Shown: positions 1 to 9,437 of the stretch, piece by piece
Numbering within the stretch: the stretch's first letter is position 1
How the letters are laid out: every line of letters starts with the position of its first letter
NCBI GenBank assembly: GCA_022510545.1
Contig: JAFLTG010000002.1
Coordinates: forward strand, 6,623 to 70,622
Reading direction: 5' to 3'
Origin: Lachnospiraceae bacterium
GTDB taxonomy: Bacteria > Bacillota > Clostridia > Lachnospirales > Lachnospiraceae
Length of the DNA: 64,000 nucleotides
Notes under the pieces: generated by a model
Told to the model about the DNA's origin: nothing
Seen by the model: only the letters and a program-made list of their open reading frames with translations
The model's database searches: none
Made by a program: the position numbers and the translations under genes

Positions 1-50
1 ATCTAAAAGAATACAAGCAGCTATTGATTGGTAAGATTGAGAGAGCATGG

Positions 51-1583
51 ATGAAAGAACTGTATAGGAAAAACAAATCAATACTACTATGGGTTTTGTT
101 TGCAGGATATTTGATTTTTAACGGCATCCTGCTTTTTAGACATGAGCTTTGGCGAGATGAGGCAAATGTCTGGCTATTGGCACGGGATACGACACCCTGG
201 CAGCTTTTTAATGAAATCAAATATCAGGGACATCCCTGTCTCTGGTATCTGCTGGTGATGCCCTTTGCAAAGCTGGGGCTGCCCTTTCAAACCATCAGCA
301 TTATTAGTTTAATGATCATGACTGCAGCCGCCGGCATTTTTGTAAAGGAAGCGCCTTTTAGTATGGTAACGAAGGCCGTATGTCTTTTCACTCCCATATT
401 TTCCTATTACTATCCGGTAGTGGCCAGAAATTATTGCTTAATTGCAGTATTTCTAATTATATTGGCACACTGCTATCACAGACGGAATGAATACAGTATT
501 TCATATGGTCTTATGCTGGGCTTACTGGTGCAGACAGATACCATCGCCCTTTGGGCCGCGGGAATGATTTCCCTGATGTGGCTGTGGGAAGGTACTTATA
601 ATGGTTTCAAATATAAAAATTGGAAAATTTTTAAAAACTCTCTAAAAGGGCTGTGGATTCCGCTCATAAGTTTTGTTCTATTGCTTTTGCAATTTTTAGG
701 CGTGGCAAACAGCCCTGCATATGGTATAAATATGCTTCCTTTAAAAGAAATGATTGCAGAAATTCGCAATTTTTCTTATTACATTTTGACCAGAATGACA
801 GGTCAGGGACAAGGATTTGATTTATTGTTAATGCTCCTTTTTCTGGCTGCCGGCATCCTGTTATCCTGGAAAATCAAAAATCCATTTCCTATGATAGTGC
901 CCGCAGGTGAACTTATGTATCAGGCAGTGTTCAGTATTGTGGTATATCAGCTTCATATCTGGCACTATATTGCGATTTGCTTTACACTAATCTGGTTTTT
1001 GTGGCTTGGCTGTCAGCCCGATAATAGGGATGTAATGCCGGCAGGGGAAGCAGAAGAAAAAAGAAAGTGGAATCTCCGGATTGCCCTTTGCGGACGCATT
1101 ACGTCGGAGATATTACTGATATTATTGGGAATTACTATGTTCTTTCGTTGGAATTACCCGGAGGAAGTTTCCAGCCTTGATAACGCGCTGCATGGGCTGT
1201 ATTCAGACGGTGTTCATGTGGCAGAATATATTTCCGATAACATAGAAAAAGAAGAAGTGATCATTTCTACCGATATCCCCGAAGCTTCTACAGTACTGGC
1301 ATATTTAGGAAAAGATTATAGCTTTTATTATGCAGGTTCAAAAACATTGGAAAGCTTTGCACGTTACAATGAGGCACAGAGCCAAAAAGTCACATATGAT
1401 GAGCTGTTACGCTGGGTGAAAACTACTTTTCCCAATACAGACAGCTTTTATCTGCTGAAATCTCCTAACAGCTGTATTACCGATATTCCTGATGAAGCGA
1501 AGGAAAACTGGGAAATCTGTTATCAAACGGTAGAAGAAACTGCCCGTGGGGAAAGTTATGTGTTGTATCGTGTTTTTTTTTAG
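51..1583 (+). CDS. Polytopic membrane protein, GT-C-like (polyprenol-phosphate-sugar dependent) glycosyltransferase
   Basis: About 11 hydrophobic segments, acidic motif HELWRDEA after TM1, soluble C-terminal domain. ATG at 51 preferred over TTG at 24. Confidence 0.65.
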   Translation: MKELYRKNKSILLWVLFAGYLIFNGILLFRHELWRDEANVWLLARDTTPWQLFNEIKYQGHPCLWYLLVMPFAKLGLPFQTISIISLMIMTAAAGIFVKEAPFSMVTKAVCLFTPIFSYYYPVVARNYCLIAVFLIILAHCYHRRNEYSISYGLMLGLLVQTDTIALWAAGMISLMWLWEGTYNGFKYKNWKIFKNSLKGLWIPLISFVLLLLQFLGVANSPAYGINMLPLKEMIAEIRNFSYYILTRMTGQGQGFDLLLMLLFLAAGILLSWKIKNPFPMIVPAGELMYQAVFSIVVYQLHIWHYIAICFTLIWFLWLGCQPDNRDVMPAGEAEEKRKWNLRIALCGRITSEILLILLGITMFFRWNYPEEVSSLDNALHGLYSDGVHVAEYISDNIEKEEVIISTDIPEASTVLAYLGKDYSFYYAGSKTLESFARYNEAQSQKVTYDELLRWVKTTFPNTDSFYLLKSPNSCITDIPDEAKENWEICYQTVEETARGESYVLYRVFF

Positions 1584-1627
1584 TGTAAAATGGAAAAGGA
1601 ACTACAGAGAATTAGGTGGCTATAATT

Positions 1628-3154
1628 ATGGAAATCGTAATAAATAAAAAGAACTGTGGCAAAATGATATATCTGGCAGTGGCTGCCTTTTTGCTGATTA
1701 CTTTTGCATCCCGTTCTTCTTTTTTGTATCCATACAACGACTGGGATGATGCTAACAGTTATTTTTCCATGGGCAAAGCACTTTTTAACGGCAAAGTTCT
1801 CTATAAGGATATATATGACCAGAAGGGGGGATACCTCTATCTCTTTTATGGTCTGGCATATCTAATATCCCATACTACCTTCCGCGGTGTATATATATTA
1901 GAGATACTTCTTGCCATAGCAGATTTGTTCTTAATATTACAGATATTGAAGCTATACACAAAGGATAGTACTGCTTTGGTACTTACACCGCTCCCGCTTG
2001 CAGCAGTATTTTCTTCCAGGAGTTTTTACTGGGGCGGCAGTGCTGAGGAAATATTCTTTCCGCTTCTTTTATTGGGATTGTATCTTTTTTTACAGTATTT
2101 CAAATACTATCCTGAAAGACAAATGAAACGCTCTTCTCTATTTGTCACAGGACTGATGGCGGGTATAGTAGCCAACATTAAATATACTTCCCTAGGCTTT
2201 TTCTTTGCATGGATGATGTGGATAGCGCTTGCTATTCTGATAGAAAAAGGTCTGGCTGAATCACTAAAAGCATGTGGCATTTTTCTGTCAGGCATGGTAA
2301 TTCCTTTTTTTCCATGGATAATATATTTTGCCACACACGATGCTTTGTACTACTGGTATTGGGCTTATGTACTTAACAATGTATCTGTATACAGTAATTT
2401 AAATGGTGAAGGTCCCGGTCTTTGGGAACGTGTTTATTCTCTAATCAAGCTGCTATATTGGGCAATCCTATCAAATCGAAATTATTTTATCTTTTTGATA
2501 CCCGGAATATTCTTTACCTTTTTAGGTAAGGGAAAAAAATTGATTCAGAGATTTTCAGTTCCAATATTATTTTTCTTTCTCTTTCTTGGTATTTACATCG
2601 GAGGTGTCGGCCTTTTCTATTATGCATTGCCTCTTGGTATCTTTACTGTATTAGGGTTTGCAATGGTCGGCTGCTGTTGGGATAAATTTCTTTCTTATAG
2701 AAAGGAACAAAAAATTATAACCGGTCATGCTGTAGGCTGTGTGTTGTCAATATTGGTTGGAACCGCTTTAATTTACTATACCTCTATGAACACAGATTTT
2801 ATGAAAGTAAAAAAAGAAGATCATTTTTTGTACCAGTTTCAAACCATTGTAAGTCAAGAGGAAAACCCCTCTCTTCTAAACATCGGCTGCCTGGATGCCG
2901 GATTGTACACTGTGTGCGATATCATCCCTAATTGTCAGTGGTTTCAGACCAATGGCATAAATCTGGATATTATGCACCGTGAACAGGAACGATATATCCG
3001 CGAAGGACTGATTACTTTTATTATTGCAAGAGACTTCTATCCTGCGGTCATCTGGGAAAAATACGAGCTTGTAGCAGAGGTTCCTTATAGCTGGAAAGAT
3101 CAATCGTTTACCTATTATCTGTTTCGCAAAAATGAAGTAAATGATACAATGTAA
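1628..3154 (+). CDS. GT-C-like (PMT/ArnT-like) membrane glycosyltransferase
   Basis: NDWDDANSY acidic motif and LYKDIYDQKG in first external loop, many TM helices. AGGTGG RBS before ATG 1628. Confidence 0.7.
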   Translation: MEIVINKKNCGKMIYLAVAAFLLITFASRSSFLYPYNDWDDANSYFSMGKALFNGKVLYKDIYDQKGGYLYLFYGLAYLISHTTFRGVYILEILLAIADLFLILQILKLYTKDSTALVLTPLPLAAVFSSRSFYWGGSAEEIFFPLLLLGLYLFLQYFKYYPERQMKRSSLFVTGLMAGIVANIKYTSLGFFFAWMMWIALAILIEKGLAESLKACGIFLSGMVIPFFPWIIYFATHDALYYWYWAYVLNNVSVYSNLNGEGPGLWERVYSLIKLLYWAILSNRNYFIFLIPGIFFTFLGKGKKLIQRFSVPILFFFLFLGIYIGGVGLFYYALPLGIFTVLGFAMVGCCWDKFLSYRKEQKIITGHAVGCVLSILVGTALIYYTSMNTDFMKVKKEDHFLYQFQTIVSQEENPSLLNIGCLDAGLYTVCDIIPNCQWFQTNGINLDIMHREQERYIREGLITFIIARDFYPAVIWEKYELVAEVPYSWKDQSFTYYLFRKNEVNDTM

Positions 3155-3186
3155 TAGCAATATCGGTGAATGGAGTTGAGTATATT

Positions 3187-4107
3187 ATGAAAAATTATTT
3201 AAAAATCGCGCGCCCCGATCATTGGATAAAAAATCTGTTTATCATACCGGGAATCGTAGTAGCTTATTTATTAACAGATAAAAATATTTATTCTATTTTT
3301 AGCATACGATTTATAATCGGAATGCTCGCAACCTGTTTTATTTCTTCGGCAAACTATGTGATTAATGAATGGCTGGATGCAGATTTCGACAAATACCATC
3401 CGGTCAAGAAAAACCGTCCGGTGGTTACTGCTAATCTGCGTTTTTCCTATGTTATGTTAGAGTATATAGTGATTGCCTTATTAGGAATTTTACTTTCCCT
3501 ATACATCAATATATATTTTCTTTTTACGGAATTATGGCTGTTGCTCATGGGATTTCTCTATAATGTAAAACCATTTCGGACAAAAGATATCCCGTATTTG
3601 GATGTATTATCTGAATCTGTCAATAATATTATCCGGCTGCTGCTGGGATGGTTCATTGTGACAGACGAGTTTTTTCCTCCGGTCAGTATACTGATTGCTT
3701 ACTGGATGTGCGGTGCTTTTCTGATGGTTGTAAAACGCTATTCGGAATACAGGATGATCAACGACCCGCTCACCGCAGGACTCTACCGGAAATCTTTTAA
3801 ATATTACACGGAACAGTCACTGTTAAGCGCATCTATTTTTTATGGTATGTGTGCCACGGTATTTACATCCATTTTTATTATTGAATACCGGGTAGAATAT
3901 GTATTGGCTCTTCCTATGCTGATAGGCTTGTTTATATTGTACTTTAACCTTGCTTTCAAGGAAGACTCTGTTGTACAGAAACCGGAAAAACTATATCAGG
4001 AAAAAAAGCTTTTATACTATCTCCTTATTTTTGTTGCCCTGTTAGTTTTTCTTACTTTCATTGACCTGCCGATTTTGAGAGAATATTTTCATATGCATAG
4101 GTTGTAA
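3187..4107 (+). CDS. UbiA-family prenyltransferase, polyprenyl-phosphate phosphoribosyltransferase (DPPR synthase)-like
   Basis: RPDHWIKN, NEWLDADFDKYHPVKKNRP, YNVKPFRTK and KRYSE motifs typical of the PRPP-using UbiA subfamily. Confidence 0.8.
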   Translation: MKNYLKIARPDHWIKNLFIIPGIVVAYLLTDKNIYSIFSIRFIIGMLATCFISSANYVINEWLDADFDKYHPVKKNRPVVTANLRFSYVMLEYIVIALLGILLSLYINIYFLFTELWLLLMGFLYNVKPFRTKDIPYLDVLSESVNNIIRLLLGWFIVTDEFFPPVSILIAYWMCGAFLMVVKRYSEYRMINDPLTAGLYRKSFKYYTEQSLLSASIFYGMCATVFTSIFIIEYRVEYVLALPMLIGLFILYFNLAFKEDSVVQKPEKLYQEKKLLYYLLIFVALLVFLTFIDLPILREYFHMHRL

Positions 4108-4121
4108 AGGAGTATCACAGT

Positions 4122-4859
4122 ATGGCCAAAAAATGTATAGTTTCCATGCAAAAACCCATATACGAATATAAGGCGATACTGTTTGATGTAGACGGCACCC
4201 TTTATATGCAGCCCGGACTCAGACTGGCAATGGCCAAAGCCCTAATAAAATATTTTCTGCTGCATCCCTTTCGCATCAAGGAACTACTTGCGCTCATCAA
4301 ATACCGTCAGGTCAGAGAGCATTGGGAAGATATCAGCCTTAAATACTTTGATGACGGTTTGACACCTATACAGAATTCCCAAGGTTTCGCTGATATGGAA
4401 ATGATGCAGTATCAATATACTGCCCAAAAATTGCGCATGACTTCCGGGCAGGTACAAGATACTGTACAATATTGGATCCATCATTATCCACTGAGCCTTT
4501 TAGATAGATACAAGGATGAAGAATTATGCTCCCTGTTAAAACATATAAAAGAACTCGAAGTCGTCATAGCTGCGTACTCTGATTATCCTGCATCCGAAAA
4601 ATTGAAAGCTCTTCAAATCCATGCAGATCATATTTTTTGTTCTTCAGACAGCAACATCAACTGTATGAAGCCCCACCCTAAGGCAGTCCGGATAATACTG
4701 CAAGAACTTAACCTCAATGAAAAAGAAGTTCTTATGATAGGGGACAGATATAGCAAAGATGGACTTGCTGCAATAAATTCAGGCATGGATTACCTCATTC
4801 TGGGAACCTCAATGTCTATGCGCCGTTTGATATATAAAGACTTAAGTTATCTTCCTTAA
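4122..4859 (+). CDS. HAD-superfamily hydrolase/phosphatase
   Basis: FDVDGTLY motif I, KP motif III, IGDRYSKD motif IV. Confidence 0.85.
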   Translation: MAKKCIVSMQKPIYEYKAILFDVDGTLYMQPGLRLAMAKALIKYFLLHPFRIKELLALIKYRQVREHWEDISLKYFDDGLTPIQNSQGFADMEMMQYQYTAQKLRMTSGQVQDTVQYWIHHYPLSLLDRYKDEELCSLLKHIKELEVVIAAYSDYPASEKLKALQIHADHIFCSSDSNINCMKPHPKAVRIILQELNLNEKEVLMIGDRYSKDGLAAINSGMDYLILGTSMSMRRLIYKDLSYLP

Positions 4860-4864
4860 ATATT

Positions 4865-5803
4865 TTAATTACTCGATATCTGCCTGCCTTCATGGTTCAA
4901 ATGATAGTTATCTTTATAAATAAGCTGCGAAATCGGCACCAGTTCATATCCTTTGTCCTTAAGTGTAGTAATAAGAGTATCAAGAGCCTGTGCAGTATAC
5001 TTAGCGCCGTTGTGGCAGAGAATTATACTTCCGTTGCCAAGATGTTTATGTTCTGTCACTGTTTTGATGATTGAATCTACACCGTAATCTTTCCAGTCCA
5101 AAGAATCCACATCCCACTGTATCGAATAATACCCGCACTTCCTTGCCACATTTATGACATCATTGTCATAATCTCCATAGGGCGGTCTGAACAGAAACAT
5201 CTCATATCCGGTAAGTTCCTGAACTTTTCTATGTACCTCCATCAATTCTTCCTCTTTTTCAGCGGAAGAAAGCTGAGACATATTCTTATGATTCTCACTG
5301 TGGTTACCCAGGTCATGCCCGTCGGCCAGAATGGCCTTTACATCATCCGGATACGACTCAACCCAGCCCCCTGTCATAAAAAATGTCACTTTGACGTTAT
5401 GTTTTCTCAAAATTTCAAGGATTTTGGCCGTGTCTTCATTTCCCCAAGCAGCATCGAAGCTCAGTGCAATTTGGTTTTTCTCCGTCTCAACACAATAAAT
5501 CGGAAGTTCACGCCCGTTTACCGAGTTACTGACTGTTATAGAATCCGGTAGTACTTTGACAATGCCTTGGATCAGGGCGACTGTAGCAAGCAGGAATGCT
5601 GCCGACTTTACTGCCTGCATTATAATCTCCTGACGAAAGACTTCCTTTTTCCACTGTTCCTTTGTCTGATATTTCTTTTTATGCGGTCTGCGCCTTTTTA
5701 CGCCTTCTGTATTTTCCGAATTGATTTTCCTTTCCAGCTCGTTAAGAACCAGTGTAATCTTTTCATCCCAGGTCTTCTTATTTTCACTCATGAAAATCAC
5801 CAT
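4865..5803 (-). CDS. Polysaccharide deacetylase (CE4), PdaB-like sporulation type
   Basis: SFDAAWG, HSENH, FRPPYG, WDVDSLDW and ILCH motifs; N-terminal TM anchor. Confidence 0.9.
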   Translation of the reverse strand: MVIFMSENKKTWDEKITLVLNELERKINSENTEGVKRRRPHKKKYQTKEQWKKEVFRQEIIMQAVKSAAFLLATVALIQGIVKVLPDSITVSNSVNGRELPIYCVETEKNQIALSFDAAWGNEDTAKILEILRKHNVKVTFFMTGGWVESYPDDVKAILADGHDLGNHSENHKNMSQLSSAEKEEELMEVHRKVQELTGYEMFLFRPPYGDYDNDVINVARKCGYYSIQWDVDSLDWKDYGVDSIIKTVTEHKHLGNGSIILCHNGAKYTAQALDTLITTLKDKGYELVPISQLIYKDNYHLNHEGRQISSN

Positions 5804-5819
5804 ACATAATCATTTGTAC

Positions 5820-5850
5820 AGTATATGCGTGGGTTTCCAAATCTTTGAAA
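5820..5850 (-). promoter_or_regulatory. Possible sporulation sigma (SigE-like) promoter of the deacetylase
   Basis: CATATACT -10-like box on the minus strand with TTCAAA upstream. pdaB is SigE-controlled in Bacillus. Confidence 0.3.
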
Positions 5851-5884
5851 ATAATTTACTTACCGTTTAATTTATTAAATTTAC

Positions 5885-5912
5885 TTGACATTACAACAAG
5901 TTACTTTACAAT
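5885..5912 (+). promoter_or_regulatory. SigA-type promoter
   Basis: TTGACA-16 bp-TACAAT upstream of the 6001 CDS. Confidence 0.55.
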
Positions 5913-6000
5913 AGTCTTGACAGATGACGTACGGGTTAGTTGATTTTAATACATAACAAATGTTATATAAAGAGTACATTTATGAAAGGGAACATTTATT

Positions 6001-7050
6001 ATGAAAGAGTTTTTGAAACGTAAAAATATTATTTTTTCTATGAAGAGATACGGTGTAGATTGCCTTGGTGCAATGGCACAGGGTCTGTTTTGTTCGCTGC
6101 TTATCGGAACCATAATAAGAACATTGGGACAGCAGACAGGTTTGGAATACCTCGTTACCATAGGAAACTACGCAACTGCAGTTGCCGGTCCTGCTATGGC
6201 TATTTCAATAGGTTTTTCACTGCAGGCGCCTCCGCTGGTACTTTTCTCTTTGGTTGCCGTAGGCGGCGCTGCCAATGAACTGGGTGGGGCAGGCGGTCCC
6301 CTTGCAGTATTAATAATTGCAATTCTCGCTGCTGAATGTGGAAAGCTGGTTTCCAAGGAGACCAAAATCGATATTCTGGTAACTCCGTTTGTAACGATTT
6401 TTATCGGTGTTGCGCTGTCATCCCTGCTTGCACCCGCAATCGGTACTGCAGCAAGTTATGTTGGACAGGTTATTATGTGGGCGACGGATTTACAGCCGTT
6501 TTTAATGGGTATTCTGGTCTCTGTGGTAGTAGGAATTGCGCTGACCCTGCCGATTTCATCCGCAGCAATCTGTGCAGCCCTTTCACTTACAGGTTTGGCA
6601 GGCGGAGCCGCAGTAGCAGGCTGCTGTGCAAACATGGTAGGCTTTGCGGTTATGAGTTTTAAGGAAAACAAATGGGGTGGTCTGATTTCACAAGGTATAG
6701 GCACTTCAATGCTTCAGATGGGTAATATTATAAAAAATCCTAAAATCTGGATTCCGCCGATTGCTGCTTCCGCTATCACCGGTCCGATTGCCACCTGTGT
6801 TTTTAAAATGCAGATGAACGGTACTCCGGTATCTTCCGGTATGGGAACCTGCGGTCTGGTGGGACAGATCGGTGTATACACAGGCTGGCTGAATGATATT
6901 GCCGCGGGAAGCAAGGCTGCAATCACCGCATTCGACTGGCTTGGTCTTATTCTTATAAGTTTTATACTTCCGGCAGTTATCAGTCTTCTATTAGGAAATC
7001 TGTTGCGAAAAATCGGTTGGATTAAGGAAAATGATCTGAAACTTGATTAA
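6001..7050 (+). CDS. PTS EIIC-like (EIIC_2 family) membrane protein
   Basis: GLFCSLLIG, TLPISSAAI, GIGTSMLQ and SGMGTCGLVG motifs; highly hydrophobic. Confidence 0.8.
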   Translation: MKEFLKRKNIIFSMKRYGVDCLGAMAQGLFCSLLIGTIIRTLGQQTGLEYLVTIGNYATAVAGPAMAISIGFSLQAPPLVLFSLVAVGGAANELGGAGGPLAVLIIAILAAECGKLVSKETKIDILVTPFVTIFIGVALSSLLAPAIGTAASYVGQVIMWATDLQPFLMGILVSVVVGIALTLPISSAAICAALSLTGLAGGAAVAGCCANMVGFAVMSFKENKWGGLISQGIGTSMLQMGNIIKNPKIWIPPIAASAITGPIATCVFKMQMNGTPVSSGMGTCGLVGQIGVYTGWLNDIAAGSKAAITAFDWLGLILISFILPAVISLLLGNLLRKIGWIKENDLKLD

Positions 7051-7166
7051 GTCGGTTTACCATAATAAAAAATTTGAAAAAAAATTGAAAATTTTTCAAT
7101 TTACCCCTTTACAAATCGGGATAAATGACGAGATAATATATATAAGAATGATTCTGTTAATTAGCA

Positions 7167-7190
7167 AGCACGTACATGGATGTTTGTGCT
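7167..7190 (+). promoter_or_regulatory. CsrA-type binding hairpin in 5' leader
   Basis: GTACATGGATGT (close to RUACARGGAUGU) with GGA in the loop of an AGCAC..GTGCT stem. Confidence 0.5.
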
Positions 7191-7240
7191 GCGGGAATTT
7201 ATAAATAATTCCTGTATATATAATCAAAGGAGTGATAATT

Positions 7241-7945
7241 ATGGCAATTAGTCTTTCAGGTTTAACTGCTGGTATGGGTGATGTATATTCAGGCCTTCTT
7301 AGTGGTTCATCATCATCTTCAGCAAACTCATTTTTAGGAACATCTACACTGTTATCCGATTATGCTTCTATCAAAAACGGAAGCTATGGCAAAATGCTGC
7401 AGTCATATTATTCTAAACTGCTGTCAGATGATTCTGATGATACATCTACTTCCACAACCAAAGCAGGAAAAGATGCTATGACATCATCAGCTGCCAATAC
7501 ACTTTATAAGAGCGCATCCGCTTTGGAGAATCTGAATTACAGTGAAGATAATATCGATAAGCTTTATGATAGTGTATCTGCGTTTGTAAAAGATTATAAT
7601 TCAATGATCAAAAGCGCATCAAACAGCAGCGTAGGTTCTGTAGCTTCACAGGCTAATATACTGAACGATACCACTTATTCCAATTATAAGCTGCTTGTAA
7701 AGGCAGGAATTACTATGAATGCGGATCGTACCTTATCAATTAATGAAGATACTTTTAAAAAGGCGAATATGTCCACTCTTAAGACACTGTTTAAGGGTAA
7801 TAGTTCCTATGCAAGCCGTGTATCTGCAAAAGCAAGCCAGATATACAGATATGCAAACAGCGGTTCTTCAATGAATTACTCATATTCAAGCAACGGAACA
7901 TATTCAGCGCTTAATACGCCAACTTCTATTAACAGCTTACTATAA
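7241..7945 (+). CDS. Small FliD (flagellar cap)-like hypothetical protein
   Basis: MAISLSGL N-terminus. FVKDYNSMI..AGITMNADRTLSINEDTFKKA..KTLF resembles the FliD C-terminal core. No Cys/Trp/His. Confidence 0.55.
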   Translation: MAISLSGLTAGMGDVYSGLLSGSSSSSANSFLGTSTLLSDYASIKNGSYGKMLQSYYSKLLSDDSDDTSTSTTKAGKDAMTSSAANTLYKSASALENLNYSEDNIDKLYDSVSAFVKDYNSMIKSASNSSVGSVASQANILNDTTYSNYKLLVKAGITMNADRTLSINEDTFKKANMSTLKTLFKGNSSYASRVSAKASQIYRYANSGSSMNYSYSSNGTYSALNTPTSINSLL

Positions 7946-8008
7946 TTAAGGATGATTATTGCACAAACATATACAATATGAAGTTAAACCGATTTAAGAG
8001 GCAAGTTT

Positions 8009-8039
8009 AAAGCACCGGACATTTGACATCCGGTGCTTT
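8009..8039. terminator. Bidirectional intrinsic terminator
   Basis: AAAGCACCGGA-loop-TCCGGTGCTTT between convergent genes. Confidence 0.8.
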
Positions 8040-8053
8040 TATTCTAAACACAA

Positions 8054-9388
8054 TTATATATCATTCTTGAAACTCTCTCTTATCAGCAGGAACAGCGCCA
8101 TATAAAATAATGAAAATCCATAGATCATATACCTCGACAGACACATGATCATCAGTGAAGTCGCACAGACGTTTGCTATGATAAATAAGAGCGCGACACC
8201 CATCATCCACACGGCATCACTGTATTTCCTGCGCCGTATCCGCCATATGACAAGTCCGGCTGTCGCTGCATATATCAACAATGCAATCCAGTTAATCAGT
8301 GGATGAACCACCGCTATGCTCCTGATAAAACCTCGGGAACACAGCAGGATATAGTCATACAGCCATTGCCCTAAGCACAGCGGAAACAATTTGCGAAACA
8401 TTTCTCCTGCCAACTTATCAGATAAAATGCTCTGTTCATAGTAACTCTTACCAAGTCCGAAGTAGTAGGCAGTCATATTGGCATCCAATACCTCGAATTT
8501 AAGCTTGTCATGATATTCTTCCAGATGCGCAGCACGCTCTGTGAAAGTACTGCCGCCGTATTTATAATTGGCACCCATAGCATCCGCATCTGCATAGAAA
8601 AGATTGAAAAATTCCCGCTCGAGGCTGCCATCTTCGAAGACCTCGCCATCTTCCTCATCACAGGCATAAATCACATTCGTCAGCTTGGTCACCTGTCCAT
8701 AGGTATTCCCTATAAAATATCCTGTCACAAAATAATTGTAGGTATGCACCGATAAACTCCGCATTCCGAAAGCGCACACCACCGCCAGAATCGGAATTAG
8801 AAGCCTCCTGTATTGCCTGCGCATGATAAACATAACACCCGTTATGACCATCCAGATCAAAATCGTTGTCATCATCTGGCCTCTTGTCATAGAGAGCAGC
8901 CACGCAAATACAAAGCTTAAAATAACATCTGTTTTCTTACGCTCATAAATCATCCTCAGTGTAAATAAGGCAAAAAACTGAAAGAGCGGAATACAAAGTG
9001 CCTCGCTTAAGATTGAGCTTTCCAAAACAATCCCATATGTCGACACGTATCTGGTGGCAAGATGCGGCATCAGCTCCAGAACAAGCAGTACCAGTTCTCC
9101 TCGGATGCTTAGAGAAAATCTCTCTCGCAAGTATTCTATCAACATAACGATACTTAGCGAAGTCAGTATATTCTGCATAATGACAGCCAACACAAGCCCG
9201 GCATCCTCTCCCGCCGCCACCCTGAAAATGGCCAGAAACAATGGGTATAAAGGTTCTCTGTGGACGTGCATGATAATGTACTGTCCGGAATCATCGTAGA
9301 TACCAATCCCATTAACCGCATACATTCCCAGGAAGAAGATCAGTAGTCCTATGAAAATAAGCAAAAATCTCTTACTGTTTTTAAGCAC
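8054..9388 (-). CDS. GT-C-like polytopic membrane protein
   Basis: YDDSGQY..REPLYPLF after TM1; about 11 TM segments; GTG start with GGAGA RBS. Confidence 0.6.
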   Translation of the reverse strand: MLKNSKRFLLIFIGLLIFFLGMYAVNGIGIYDDSGQYIIMHVHREPLYPLFLAIFRVAAGEDAGLVLAVIMQNILTSLSIVMLIEYLRERFSLSIRGELVLLVLELMPHLATRYVSTYGIVLESSILSEALCIPLFQFFALFTLRMIYERKKTDVILSFVFAWLLSMTRGQMMTTILIWMVITGVMFIMRRQYRRLLIPILAVVCAFGMRSLSVHTYNYFVTGYFIGNTYGQVTKLTNVIYACDEEDGEVFEDGSLEREFFNLFYADADAMGANYKYGGSTFTERAAHLEEYHDKLKFEVLDANMTAYYFGLGKSYYEQSILSDKLAGEMFRKLFPLCLGQWLYDYILLCSRGFIRSIAVVHPLINWIALLIYAATAGLVIWRIRRRKYSDAVWMMGVALLFIIANVCATSLMIMCLSRYMIYGFSLFYMALFLLIRESFKNDI

Positions 9389-9437
9389 TTTATAATCTCC
9401 AATACAGATAAATTTCTGTCGTATATTATTCCCTGTA

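Noticed and set aside
1573..1581. T9 tract as a phase-variation switch
   Set aside because: It sits at the last codons of the gene, so slippage would barely alter the protein.
7108..7137. Sigma-D promoter for the FliD-like gene
   Set aside because: TTTACA..CGAGATAA fits sigma-D and sigma-A equally poorly; cannot be called.
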